From Candidatus Obscuribacterales bacterium (GTDB taxonomy: Bacteria; Cyanobacteriota; Vampirovibrionia; Obscuribacterales; Obscuribacteraceae): a DNA stretch of 64,000 nucleotides. The stretch lies in assembly GCA_965228855.1 (NCBI GenBank), contig CBDDIJ010000002.1:192001-256000 (forward strand), read 5' to 3'. A model generated the notes under the pieces. It saw only the letters and a list, made by a program, of their open reading frames with translations. It was not told where the DNA came from and ran no database searches. Of this stretch, positions 50,301 through 59,132 are shown in pieces; position 1 is the stretch's first letter; every line of letters begins with the position of its first letter. Made by a program: the position numbers and the translations under genes.

Positions 50301-52496
50301 TGCTCCTCCGGAGATGTTTCTACCGGCAACAATTGTTACGCCACCGCCTGTAGTGACATAACTTCCCGCCAACTCCAGATCCGTCTGCGCCGTGATCGTG
50401 ATCGTGCCATCGGCATCGATGTCTGAAACACTTGCAAACGCCGCTGATTGCACCAGTGCGTTAGCTCCGGCAAAAACCGTTCCAGTGACATTAACATCCT
50501 GTGCGTTCGGCGTTGTCGTTCCTGGAGCAAATGAACCTTGAACGATAGCGCCCGTCGTGTCGTTTATCAAAACAGGACCATTCACCACGACAGGTTGGAA
50601 GCTGCTTATCAGCACATTGCCGGTCCCATCATTTGTGCCGACACCCTGCGTATCAACATCTGCAACGGTCACACCGCCGCCACCAATGATGGTGACATTG
50701 CCATTATTGCCACCGGCACCGCCGAGGGCCGAGATTGTTGCCGAATCCAGATCTATATTGCCGGAATTGGCACTGCTGCCTGCGAAAGCTACGATAGTGA
50801 TATCACCGGCATTGGTAGTTCCATCTGAAATGAAATCCAGCAAAAGTCCGTCACCGTTGATAGATCCGCCACCGGCCGAAGCCCCGCTTATAGAATTGTT
50901 CGCACCAGCGCTTGTCCAATTAGAGCCGGCCACCAGCGTAATGGTTCCACCGGCCCCACTGTCGTTATGGGTATCAATCGTCGCATCCAGATCGAAGTTG
51001 ATATCGCCACGCGCCAGAATCGCGACCGGACCGCCACCGGTAGTGATGTCGTTCATCAAGGTAAAATTGCCGGTCGACTTGAACGTCGGATCTCCACTCG
51101 CCTGCATGCTGTTGACGATCAAGTTCTCAGTGTCAGCAAGCACGCTAGCCGTTCCCGCACGCCCCGTTATCGCACCGGTGAGCTCGCCGACATTCACATT
51201 CAGAGCGCCATCGCCAGAATAAAGATTCAGATCCTTAGACAACCAATCGCCACCGGTCAGAGTCGTATTAGCCTTGGCTGTATTGTTGATATCGCCAACG
51301 GTAATCGCACCATTCAGCGCCTGAATAGAGCCGCCCGCATTGTTTACAACAATTGAACCAGTGGCATCGTACGCACCGGCAGTAATACCAATATTGTTCT
51401 GAGCAGAAATTGTTCCACTATTCGAAAGCGTCGCTGTTTCAATCGAAACGTCTCTGGCCGCCGATATTGAAGCGACTGAGTGATTTCCGCTAAGGTTTGA
51501 AACCGTTTTAGCCGACAGAGTCAGGTTGCCCGAACTCGAGATTTCACCTTTATTGACCAGACTGTCGTCGGCTCGCAGCTTCAGATCGACCGACGACTGC
51601 AAATTGTCGTATTCGGGAAACATCGATGAATCGGTCACCGACGAAATCAAACCGCCCGCGTTATTTGTGAGATTGCGCACCGCGATGGACGCTTTGTCTG
51701 CACCAGGCTTGTTGGAAAGCGCGTAGATAGCGCCATTGTTTACGAGGTCACCCTTGAGGTTGAAGTCAGAGCGATTGCTGAAGTTTCCGACCACCTTAAT
51801 GGCTTCCGGAATCACGAGTCCGGAAACGTTCATACTGCTGCCATTCGTAAGCGAATCGAGTGAAAGCTGCCCGCCTGAGGCTCTTCCGGAATTGTCGAGT
51901 TGCAGCGTCTGCCCGTCGCCACCGAGAACTTGAATAATCGATGCGTATTCCGCTGCTGTTACGCGCGAACCGGCTGAAAATGTTTTCTCACCATTGCCAA
52001 CGCTTAAAGTGACGCTATCCGCGCTGCCAAACAGTTCCTGTCCAAGCTGGATGCTTCGTTCGTTGGAACCAAAATTTAATTCGACCGCAGCGTTTACGTT
52101 CCGGACTTTGCCGGTTTCCGTTATCTGCCAGGTTTTCGACTCGTTGCGTCGAGTGATGTTTGCGTCACGATTAACATGACCGCCACCGCGAACTCGAATC
52201 ATCGGCGCGAGATTGTCTTGAGGAGCGGTAATTGGAAGTATCGGCTGAGGAAGTGTGATACTCGGGTTAGAGCGCACTCGATTTTCCAATCGCTCAGCTC
52301 TGTTTTGAAGCCGCTCCGCGCGATTCTCCAATCGCAACTGGCGGAGAGCCGACCGGTCAATATCCATTCCAGCCAGTCTGTCAGCGCGATTTGCATACGC
52401 CGGTCCAATTGAGAGAAGGAACGAAAGAGAAACACATGGAGTCACAAAAGAGCTCCAAGTAAGGTTTTCGAATGTTTTGTCAGGCTTACCGTTCAT
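44358..52496 (-). CDS. very large secreted beta-helical adhesin/haemagglutinin-like protein
   Basis: 2712 aa, signal-peptide-like N-terminus (PAYA), G/T/N/S-rich repeats such as GxGGxITxxAG. Confidence 0.8.
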   Translation of the reverse strand: MNGKPDKTFENLTWSSFVTPCVSLSFLLSIGPAYANRADRLAGMDIDRSALRQLRLENRAERLQNRAERLENRVRSNPSITLPQPILPITAPQDNLAPMIRVRGGGHVNRDANITRRNESKTWQITETGKVRNVNAAVELNFGSNERSIQLGQELFGSADSVTLSVGNGEKTFSAGSRVTAAEYASIIQVLGGDGQTLQLDNSGRASGGQLSLDSLTNGSSMNVSGLVIPEAIKVVGNFSNRSDFNLKGDLVNNGAIYALSNKPGADKASIAVRNLTNNAGGLISSVTDSSMFPEYDNLQSSVDLKLRADDSLVNKGEISSSGNLTLSAKTVSNLSGNHSVASISAARDVSIETATLSNSGTISAQNNIGITAGAYDATGSIVVNNAGGSIQALNGAITVGDINNTAKANTTLTGGDWLSKDLNLYSGDGALNVNVGELTGAITGRAGTASVLADTENLIVNSMQASGDPTFKSTGNFTLMNDITTGGGPVAILARGDINFDLDATIDTHNDSGAGGTITLVAGSNWTSAGANNSISGASAGGGSINGDGLLLDFISDGTTNAGDITIVAFAGSSANSGNIDLDSATISALGGAGGNNGNVTIIGGGGVTVADVDTQGVGTNDGTGNVLISSFQPVVVNGPVLINDTTGAIVQGSFAPGTTTPNAQDVNVTGTVFAGANALVQSAAFASVSDIDADGTITITAQTDLELAGSYVTTGGGVTIVAGRNISGGAPTQTDIDTSSASGDGGNVFVIAGANFTQDANNITITGASAIGGFIYLDNDDPGVGNSLGIVDTSSSAANGSGGDVTFIAYRGSNIGGGYVATDFEDTVITTGGNGTGSNGDISFIAGQNNGFYGIGIRGVFDTTGASTVGTGNFYAATAQPLGNVVISKNTQSITSGTFRGGAITNGLAFIDEITVGQGATATILYGGEFGDLAQDITAPGGILVVAGGDIYSRNFGTVFSAASNIGDGGNITMIAGATFTQSGTNVTITGATTTGGDLNLALNGFNEVRTNSNAANGAGGDITLVAFDAAGKDSGNIYIQNNATVNASGNGTGANGNIIMVAGSDTDGIVADISFGLTGAAGTGLISFNNSTPNSGVVLSTATAGVTSGDFRGGALAAGDIFVQNLTVRGGDVELISGGAVRALNVDVSALAVGDGGSVTVRTGSNETLDIGAATGSNAITSILVSAGTTSGNGGTIDIQADGSGGLNVAAIGSVSATEGNGGNLRLVALTGDLVIANTVVLSANAGTATAASHNGGIVELYGRNLTSSGFDVSASSTGGGTGGVAEIVVTGGGNLSVGTGANDVTLVGNFSLVRLGTIGGGDVTVTNTGALTTSSLIDIDAETGDVFLQGALSAPTVTIAGQTITSSVTISGSTALTIDAAASFTNTGLTTGGVVSINGGNITVAGVTGTTSVDIDGGTTGLVLLQGAVNSPVTTVAGQTVTNNSTLTGSSTLEINTPTFITTGATNGGGVTINSSDVTVTNTGSITATVSLDIDAGATGDVLLQGAVSGPVTSITGQTVSNSATLSGSTSLTIEAESYTASANATGGIISISGGDVTVDSGAVVNGSTSIDIDAGATGDVVNSGTITSPSTSIVAQSVTNSGTITGTTLLDIDTASYINSGNTNGGVINLHSLAGGSLALSGAGGTFTSTVETQIGSDVNISLSGSQTFNGNVDLTAISTPTSSITLQAGSTYIGNNQVRITTYTYTELPVSSFIGNPKIVNTNFYNIINTSGDVVLPANLIFTGQSLAIIASGNITSTGATLIDLSAAGDAGSLTLLAGFDSTPGTMGQVRVVGPNTVTGVSTTGGNIDLGNVTINLTSSGANGGSLVAAASAGTASDGTVSLGSVSTTGAVGVSGDVQIIGQGGVVVGAIDTNGAAAVDGGVVVRAAQPLIVGTLVYQDGSAISGSISNGPLSAGSITVSSIDAGNRSIEIQTLGSATDVLTVGGDLSAHSIDLVSGFGTIDLRAISGIVANVDGSGNGGQIDVSGNSVLVNTTVDNPFVLNADATTGDGGSVSYFTNDQTATYLGAVPKAKKGSVFFDVSAAGGTGVNAAGGQIDFETGGNLSVLASTTDASVNGTGNANGASYTFKAGSTAPKGGTLAIIGDLDASGIGTGIDGSINLTSNSKKAFTLGSSKAPKNGVQGMLLGDGITVTNNGGGITIASSSAVQAADLSLNAGLKGAIVGSKGVVVTADSIVFNSDTGAIGKKPISVDTDSLEFHTNSKVNLASVGTATLTVQASDAVDGASLTASGSVILNDVIVDDGDISVITGGANSRLSVVSAAHLLATNGGILLQNTQVDTGDIQLGASSIIETAGKGDDVTIAIGALPRKPIAGTQPANVNTDIQGKGEIFWGPDNGIIANGAISNIVAINKAVIFNNGSSDVASKKIILDGGVTVIADPPSRGAAAVSLASIQSPSLSSESAVASEGGQTMSVPSVTAEGYLDNQAYQTSQQFKTSQTSQPTNTALLSPLDSFAGAVANSSIVLTTETMNATAGSGTAVGADLRLAPGGEEVAQVNAIELISDNLPGAKAVGESHSLKSGRALIVASKDMVVETPDARVSIARGAVVLVVAGGHGTSVYDMHDVKRAGVRVNFGSQSVSLAPGRHATVCARRAGSYSAVNPMESIMHRDVNEVATADGVGAFTSEFSVHSAVQSVSSLRSIFASSHPECAKLSSRMMKTSAILMHLSGSQEPFQQYLAPRVAAYR

Positions 52497-52820
52497 ATTC
52501 GTCTTTCTCCATTTAGTTACCGAGCCGCTTGAGCGTCACCGAAAGCTTCCTGCAAGCATTCGCAAACTACCCAACCCTTGTGTGCAAGCCATTCTTGCAA
52601 GCGCAACGAAACGAAAACGCGCCAAGAACCCGAGTGAGAGCTGGCTCGCACAGCCACAAAGCCTACCACTTATTGACACGAATTTCGTCACCCTTTGGAA
52701 TGACCTTAGCGCTGGACGAAACTCACTCTTGGAAATCCCGCAGCGGCTGTCAATAGAGCCATCAGGATTTACATAAGAAGATGTTATACAATTCTTTTCT
52801 CCTTATAAAAGGCGCCTGTC

Positions 52821-53897
52821 ATGCCGGACAAAAAACCAATTTTGTTTTCCACCGCCAGCTACGAATACCTGAAGAAGGCGATGATGGCGGGCGACCGGTT
52901 CGTCGACGGCTTGATCGCGCGCGGACAATCGAAAGACGGGCCGGTTTACGAAGACAAACCTTTCCCGGACGGCGAACGCTATCACCGCATCATGACCGAG
53001 GTCGCGGACCATGAAGTCATACTTCTCGGTGGCACAATCGACGATCGAGAAACAATGGAACTTCTGGATCTGGGGCAGGCGATTGTTGAGAAAGGCGCGC
53101 TGAGTCTGCTTTTGCTTGTTCCCTACTTCGGATATTCAACGATGGAACGCCAGGTGCTGCCGGGCGAAGTTGTAAAAGCGAAGAATCGCGCCAGACTGAT
53201 CTCGGCGATACCGCCGGCAGCATTCAGAAATCGGATTTTGCTCCTCGATTTGCACTCGGAAGGAATTCCTCACTACTTCGAAAACAGCCTTGTCGCCTAC
53301 CATCTGTACGCTCGCGACCTGATCATCGACGCCATTGTCGACGTTGTAAAAGAATGGCAGTCATCGGCACTGGTAGCGTCCGCGGTGGCAGACGGCAAAG
53401 GTTCTAAACCCTATGAGCGAGGCGGACGGTCCGACGAGAACTGGCTGGACGACGCCCACTTCACCCTTGCATCCACGGACGCGGGTCGGGCTAAATGGGT
53501 AGAATCACTCGCTCAAGACATGTCTGCACGCGGCATCCCCGTACACCCTGCGTTTATCATCAAACGCCGCACCTCCGGGGCTGAAACAGAAGTCGCCGAC
53601 ATCTCCGCAGACGTCGACGGAAAGTTTGTAATCATTTACGACGACATGGTGCGCACCGGCGGAAGCGCAATCAAGGCAGCCAAAGCCTATTTGAATAAAG
53701 GTGCCAGGGCAATCGCGTTGGTTTGCACCCACGGCGTCTTGCCAAAGGATTCGAAACAGCGCTTGAAAGACTCAGGCTGTTTCTTCAAAATCGTAGTCAC
53801 CGACAGCCATCCCCGGGCGGTCGAACTGGAAGATGACTTCGTAAAAGTCGTGTCAATCGCCAGCCTGCTCGAAGAAAGCATCTTCAACCATCATTGA
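52821..53897 (+). CDS. prs: ribose-phosphate pyrophosphokinase-like protein, copy 2
   Basis: FPDGE, PYFGYSTMER, DLHSEG, DDMVRTGGS; clear paralog of 36293-37414. Confidence 0.85.
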   Translation: MPDKKPILFSTASYEYLKKAMMAGDRFVDGLIARGQSKDGPVYEDKPFPDGERYHRIMTEVADHEVILLGGTIDDRETMELLDLGQAIVEKGALSLLLLVPYFGYSTMERQVLPGEVVKAKNRARLISAIPPAAFRNRILLLDLHSEGIPHYFENSLVAYHLYARDLIIDAIVDVVKEWQSSALVASAVADGKGSKPYERGGRSDENWLDDAHFTLASTDAGRAKWVESLAQDMSARGIPVHPAFIIKRRTSGAETEVADISADVDGKFVIIYDDMVRTGGSAIKAAKAYLNKGARAIALVCTHGVLPKDSKQRLKDSGCFFKIVVTDSHPRAVELEDDFVKVVSIASLLEESIFNHH

Positions 53898-53954
53898 AGA
53901 GACATCAGAAAACTGATCGTATGATATGTTCATAACAAAATTAGAAGGCAACTT

Positions 53955-56864
53955 ATGAAATCGGTGTCGTTGAAAAACAAACTTAAAAATCACGGATTTG
54001 TTCGCGTTGCAACAGCGACTCCGAAGCTCAAGGTCGGCAATGTGACCTACAACTGTGCCGAAATTATCGAGCTCCTGAAGCAGGCGGAAAATGAGCGCGC
54101 CGCTGTGGTTTTCTTTCCCGAGCTATCATTGACCGGCTACACATGCGCAGACCTCTTCCACAACTTTGAGCTTTTGCAAGGTGCGCTTGATGGGTTGGAA
54201 ACCGTCCGAGCGGCCACCCTCAACGATTTCTCCGGTATCGCGTTTGTAGGCGTGCCGCTTCTCATAGACAACCTTGTATTCAACTGCGCTGTGGCGCTCA
54301 GCAATGGGAAAATTCTTGGTGCTGTTCCGAAAAGCTATCTGCCAAACGCAGGGGAGTTCTATGAGTGGCGCTGGTTCTCACCGGCAGAGTGCTCGGTAAA
54401 TGACTCGATTTTGCTGGGTAGTGAAACAGTTCCGTTCGGAACCGACATTTTGTTCTCCGCAGACAACTTTCCCGGGCTGGTGATCGGGCTTGACGTGTGC
54501 GAGGACGGTTGGGCAGTCGACCCTCCGTCGTTGAAGCATGCCATCATGGGCGCCACCATTATCGGAAATCTGTCAGCAAGTCCAGAGTGGGTGAGCAAGC
54601 AAGAATACAGAAGAACTCTGTTCACGATGCGCTCAGCGACACTGCTTTCGGCATACGCCTACACTTCGTCCGGCGTTCATGAATCCACTTCCGACCTGGT
54701 GTTCAGCGGACATCAGTTAATTTGCGAAAACGGCTCTCTTATCGCTCAGTGCAAACCCTTCTCCAGAGACTCAAAGTTGACTGTCGCCGACATCGACATC
54801 GAACGACTCCTGGCGGATCGAATGAGAATCAAAAACTTCGCCGACGCCAGACGACGAACGAAAGAACGACTCAAGTATCGCAAAGCTCCATTCAAAGCCA
54901 ATTTTGTGGAAGAGCCTTCAACCTTGATGCGCAAAGTCGATCCGCGTCCATTTGTGCCGAGAGATTCATTCGCGTTGAACGAACGTTGCGATGATATCTT
55001 CAACATCCAGGTAGCCGGGCTGGCGAAGCGGCTTGAGCAGCTCGGCAAAAATCCAAGCATCGTGCTCGGAATTTCCGGTGGTTTGGATTCGACTCTTGCA
55101 GTTCTCGTCGCATGCAGAACAATGGACCTGCTCGGACTGGACCGCACTAACATCCGCGGATTTACAATGCCGGGATTTGGTACGACGGAGCGCACAAAGA
55201 ACAATGCTCTGGCGCTCATGAAGGAGCTTGGAATCAAGGTCGAGCCAGTTGCCGACATCAGAGCCGCATGCCTGGAAGAGATGCGGCAGATGAAACATTC
55301 TCCGTTTGCGCAAATAAATATTGATGAGATTTACAGCCAAGCCGCAAAGAAAGTAGAGAAATCCAAAGAGTTCACGATCGACGCTATCCAAACGGCGGCA
55401 CAAGAACTCTTTTCCGATGCTTTGAGTAATCTTCCTGCAAACAGTCAGGACCTGGTTTTTGAAAACATTCAGGCCCGAATGCGCACGAAGATATTGATGG
55501 ACTCCGGATTCGTACTTGGCACCGGAGACCTCTCAGAGCTCGCCCTGGGCTGGTGTACGTACAACGCCGACCACATGAGCATGTATAACGTCAACTCCGG
55601 AGTCCCGAAAACTCTTGTACGTTTTCTCGTAAAGTGGGCCGCAGAGCACCTCTTCGAAGGAGAGACCAGACGCATTCTTATCGATATTTTCGATACTGAG
55701 ATTTCTCCGGAGCTCCTGCCTGCAGGCAAGGACGGCACCATTGCTCAAAAAACCGAAAGCTTGATCGGTCCATACGAACTTCACGATTTCTTTTTGTACA
55801 ACATGCTGCGCTTCGGTTTCAGTCCAGAAAAAATTCTATTTCTGGCGAAACATGCAAAATTTCAGGGAGAGTACGACGAGAGCGAAACTCGCGTATGGCT
55901 CAAAATTTTCATTCAGCGCTTCTTCCGAAATCAGTTCAAGCGCAACTGTTTACCCGACGGTCCCAAGGTCGGCTCTATCTGCCTTTCGCCGCGAGGTGAC
56001 TGGAGAATGCCGAGCGATGCCGATGAAACGCTCTGGTTACGTTGGGCTGAAAAAGATACTCTACCAATCGGTGCGAGTGAGACGAATACGCCGTTCAGCT
56101 CCCGTTCCACAACATCCAACTCGAATGGCAAAGGGTCGAAGAAACTCTTAAGAGTATTGCTACGCATTGATGAGCAGAATGACTTCATGCCCGGGGGGGC
56201 GCTCGCCGTCGCTGATGGCGACCAGATCGTAGACGTCTCCAACAGACTTGCCCTGAGCGGTTATTATGATCTAGTCGTGGATAGCATGGACGATCATCCT
56301 GTGGACCACGGATCATTTGCATCTCAGCATGACGGCAAGAAACCGCTGACAGACCGAGTTTCACTACACGGCATCGATCAGCAGCTCTGGCCGGACCATT
56401 GCGTCTCCGGAACACAAGGCGCTGAATTTCATCCGAAACTAGACCGCTCAATGGTCGCCATGACCGTCAAAAAGGGACAGGACAAGCGTGTCGACAGCTA
56501 CAGCGCATTCTATGACAACGGTCGCCACGCCAACGTAGGCAACAAGAAGCAAAACCAGTTCCTGGGACAATCCACTGGATTGGCTGATTATCTGCGACAG
56601 TGCGCCGAAGAGCGCAAAGCAACTGCAATCCAAATCGACATCGTCGGTCTGGCTCTTCCCTTCTGCGTGACATACAGCGCGAAGGATGCACGAGAGGAAA
56701 TGTATAAAGGCAGACCATTTGATGTGCGCGTAATTGCCGACGGCGTCAAGGCTATCGAACTGCAAGACGGCGATTTTGAGCGGTCGCTAGCGGACCTGAA
56801 AAAATCAGATATTGAAATTATCACAAGCAAAGACGTACTTGCCGAGCTCACAGCGAAACGCTGA
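53955..56864 (+). CDS. nadE: glutamine-dependent NAD synthetase fused to nicotinamidase (NadE-PncA), copy 2
   Basis: FPEL, PKSYLPN, VCED, GISGGLDST, ENIQAR, GTGDLSE, LSPRGDWRMPSD; PncA IDEQNDF, WPDHC, DSYSAF, FCV. Confidence 0.92.
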   Translation: MKSVSLKNKLKNHGFVRVATATPKLKVGNVTYNCAEIIELLKQAENERAAVVFFPELSLTGYTCADLFHNFELLQGALDGLETVRAATLNDFSGIAFVGVPLLIDNLVFNCAVALSNGKILGAVPKSYLPNAGEFYEWRWFSPAECSVNDSILLGSETVPFGTDILFSADNFPGLVIGLDVCEDGWAVDPPSLKHAIMGATIIGNLSASPEWVSKQEYRRTLFTMRSATLLSAYAYTSSGVHESTSDLVFSGHQLICENGSLIAQCKPFSRDSKLTVADIDIERLLADRMRIKNFADARRRTKERLKYRKAPFKANFVEEPSTLMRKVDPRPFVPRDSFALNERCDDIFNIQVAGLAKRLEQLGKNPSIVLGISGGLDSTLAVLVACRTMDLLGLDRTNIRGFTMPGFGTTERTKNNALALMKELGIKVEPVADIRAACLEEMRQMKHSPFAQINIDEIYSQAAKKVEKSKEFTIDAIQTAAQELFSDALSNLPANSQDLVFENIQARMRTKILMDSGFVLGTGDLSELALGWCTYNADHMSMYNVNSGVPKTLVRFLVKWAAEHLFEGETRRILIDIFDTEISPELLPAGKDGTIAQKTESLIGPYELHDFFLYNMLRFGFSPEKILFLAKHAKFQGEYDESETRVWLKIFIQRFFRNQFKRNCLPDGPKVGSICLSPRGDWRMPSDADETLWLRWAEKDTLPIGASETNTPFSSRSTTSNSNGKGSKKLLRVLLRIDEQNDFMPGGALAVADGDQIVDVSNRLALSGYYDLVVDSMDDHPVDHGSFASQHDGKKPLTDRVSLHGIDQQLWPDHCVSGTQGAEFHPKLDRSMVAMTVKKGQDKRVDSYSAFYDNGRHANVGNKKQNQFLGQSTGLADYLRQCAEERKATAIQIDIVGLALPFCVTYSAKDAREEMYKGRPFDVRVIADGVKAIELQDGDFERSLADLKKSDIEIITSKDVLAELTAKR

Positions 56865-57387
56865 AAGCCTTACTCTCAATATCAATGCGTGCAATCGCGC
56901 CAGGCAACTATTCACCTTAAATGTGGTGGGATTACGATGTGGCGTTTTCCTGATAGAGTTTGGCGCCTCATCCAAAAGACGCACGGAGACGGAGTTACAA
57001 GCAGGAATGGCAAGCGTTTTGCGCCCTTACCAAATATTCGACGAACGTTGATCGAGTGCCTAACAACGGAATAGGTTGTTGCCATCATCCATAACTCATC
57101 TCGAGTCGCGAACAAAACAAACCTTCAAGTCCCGCACAATAACCAGTTCAAAGCAAACTCCCAGCACTGAAGGTGTCGCCATGTCAGTCGCCCTGCGAAC
57201 ACTTACGCCACCGCTGACAGTGCTGCATTAATCGGCCCACAAAGCCGTTCAACATAAAGGAAGCGCATGCTTTCCTCCCTCCTAATCGACTGGTCCTTCA
57301 GTCGTTTTACATAAACGGCTTCGAGCCGCGGCAGGGGTTCAGCCCCTATCTTGTTGTTTCCCAACTCGTTTCAAACTGGAGACGTCA

Positions 57388-57612
57388 ATGAAGAACTGCA
57401 TCCGTTGCCGCAAAGAGATCCCCGCCGAGCGCGTGGAGGCCCTGCCGGAAACCGAGCTGTGCATCAAGTGCAGCGAGGCGGTGGGCGGCGATTTCATCCT
57501 GGTAGCGCACAACGAGCGCACCAGCAAACCGGGCAGCATGAAGCACAACTACGGCGGCGTGTCCGTCAAGTTGGTGCGTCGGCACATCGCCCCGCTGCCT
57601 CCCGAGAACTAA
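57388..57612 (+). CDS. TraR/DksA-type C4 zinc-finger small protein
   Basis: CIRCRKEIPAERVEALPETELCIKC; GGAG RBS. Confidence 0.8.
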   Translation: MKNCIRCRKEIPAERVEALPETELCIKCSEAVGGDFILVAHNERTSKPGSMKHNYGGVSVKLVRRHIAPLPPEN

Positions 57613-57780
57613 ACAGTGCTCGGGCGGTGGCGCCCTGTTTTCGCAAAGTCGCCAGGCGAGCAGCACGCCTGGCGACTTTGCACCCAGCCCATTTGCTACT
57701 ATCTAATATCGTGCTCGTCAAGTCCCCAATGACTTGTCCGTAGAGGCTTTGCGAGACTTCCCTCTCCTAACGAATCCAAT

Positions 57781-57834
57781 TTGTCTATCGTACGATGCCG
57801 GAATTTCGAAATTCCGGCATTCCAGGATAGACAA
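57781..57834. repeat. 54-bp dispersed element, copy 13
   Basis: tt-GTCTA-tcgtacg-ATGCC-ggaatttcgaaattcc-GGCAT-tccagga-TAGAC-aa. Confidence 0.9.
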
Positions 57835-57977
57835 AATCGTCCTTTCAAAAACACGAATTTCCAGTATCCCTCTGGCAAAGCCTCTTTCGAAGCCACGTCG
57901 ATATTAGGTTCTATAGTAGCAAAATGGGGGAAAGACGGAGGCGAAAAGTCGCCTCCGTCCGTTTCAGTCGTCGCTAA

Positions 57978-58487
57978 TCAGCGCCGGCCGCCGTGGTCAC
58001 GACCGTCGTGCCCGCCGCGTCCGCCATGATCGCGACCGTGGTCGAGACCACCGCGCCCCGGAAAGCCACGGTCCGGCTGGCGATGCGGCGGGTCGCGGAA
58101 GACCGGAGGACGATGCACCGGAGGCTGGCGGAGTACCGGGCCGCGGTACACCGGATGGTTGCGCCAGTAAGGGTCATAGCTGCGGTAGTGCCCGTCGTGA
58201 CGATGCCAGCCGCGATTGGGAAACCAACCGCGATCGCACCAGACACGCGACCCGCCAGACCAGTAGAAGTACAACCCGACGGAGTTGTCCCTGTAGTAGT
58301 ACCGGGCGCCGTCGTACCAGTAGTCGATGTCGACCACCACGGAGGTGCCCTGATCCACGACAATCGCGTCGCTGCCATAGACCGGAGCAGATGGGTAACC
58401 GTCGTAGGCGTAGTAGGTACCCGCACAACCGGACAGAAGCGAGACCAGGAGGGCGCCTGCGCCGAGAGTCAAAAGTGTTCTCTTCAT
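57978..58487 (-). CDS. putative lipoprotein, Tyr/Trp-rich with a Gly/His/Arg tail
   Basis: Signal peptide with lipobox LLSGC. Confidence 0.75.
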   Translation of the reverse strand: MKRTLLTLGAGALLVSLLSGCAGTYYAYDGYPSAPVYGSDAIVVDQGTSVVVDIDYWYDGARYYYRDNSVGLYFYWSGGSRVWCDRGWFPNRGWHRHDGHYRSYDPYWRNHPVYRGPVLRQPPVHRPPVFRDPPHRQPDRGFPGRGGLDHGRDHGGRGGHDGRDHGGRR

Positions 58488-59132
58488 ACGTTCGTGATTC
58501 CTTTTGATTCAAAACCTTGAACCGAGGTCGATTGCAGATTCCGCTGATCTGCAGTCGATGATTTCTGAAGTAACTTCAGTTCTTGCGACAGCGGTATCGC
58601 AAGAACATCATGTTCGGCTAATCACAGCAGAGCAGAACCGAGACGACCCGCAGAAGCCAAATCGCGAGCTCTTCCTTACGGGTCAATCGAGGCACTCGAA
58701 ACCGATGCTGCTCCACCGGACCATGACTGGCCGGCAATGAAGCTAAAAAACTAACCTGAAGCTGTTTACGAAATTAAAACCAATGCAGCGCTTCAAGATG
58801 ACAAGAAGTCATGTGTACTTTGGATATTATTGACCGCCAAAATAAAAAGCAAGCTGGAAACACTAAACCTGTTTGATTCTTTCCAGCTCTCAAACCGTAT
58901 TTGCCTGCAGGCGGCTGGCTTCAGGTCTGAAACAGACCGCTAGCGTAGCTCGCAGCGGCTCACCGCCCAGCGTTACACTCACCTGGGCGGCGAACTAGAA
59001 ATGGTGTCGAAGGCATATAAAGACTGCTAGATGACCGATAAGACCAAAGGTGTATTTATCTCCTCATAATTAGGGTATGTAAAATTCGAATCCTCGGCTC
59101 AATTTTTCTGGCGGTGGGCGAGGGAGGAAAAG

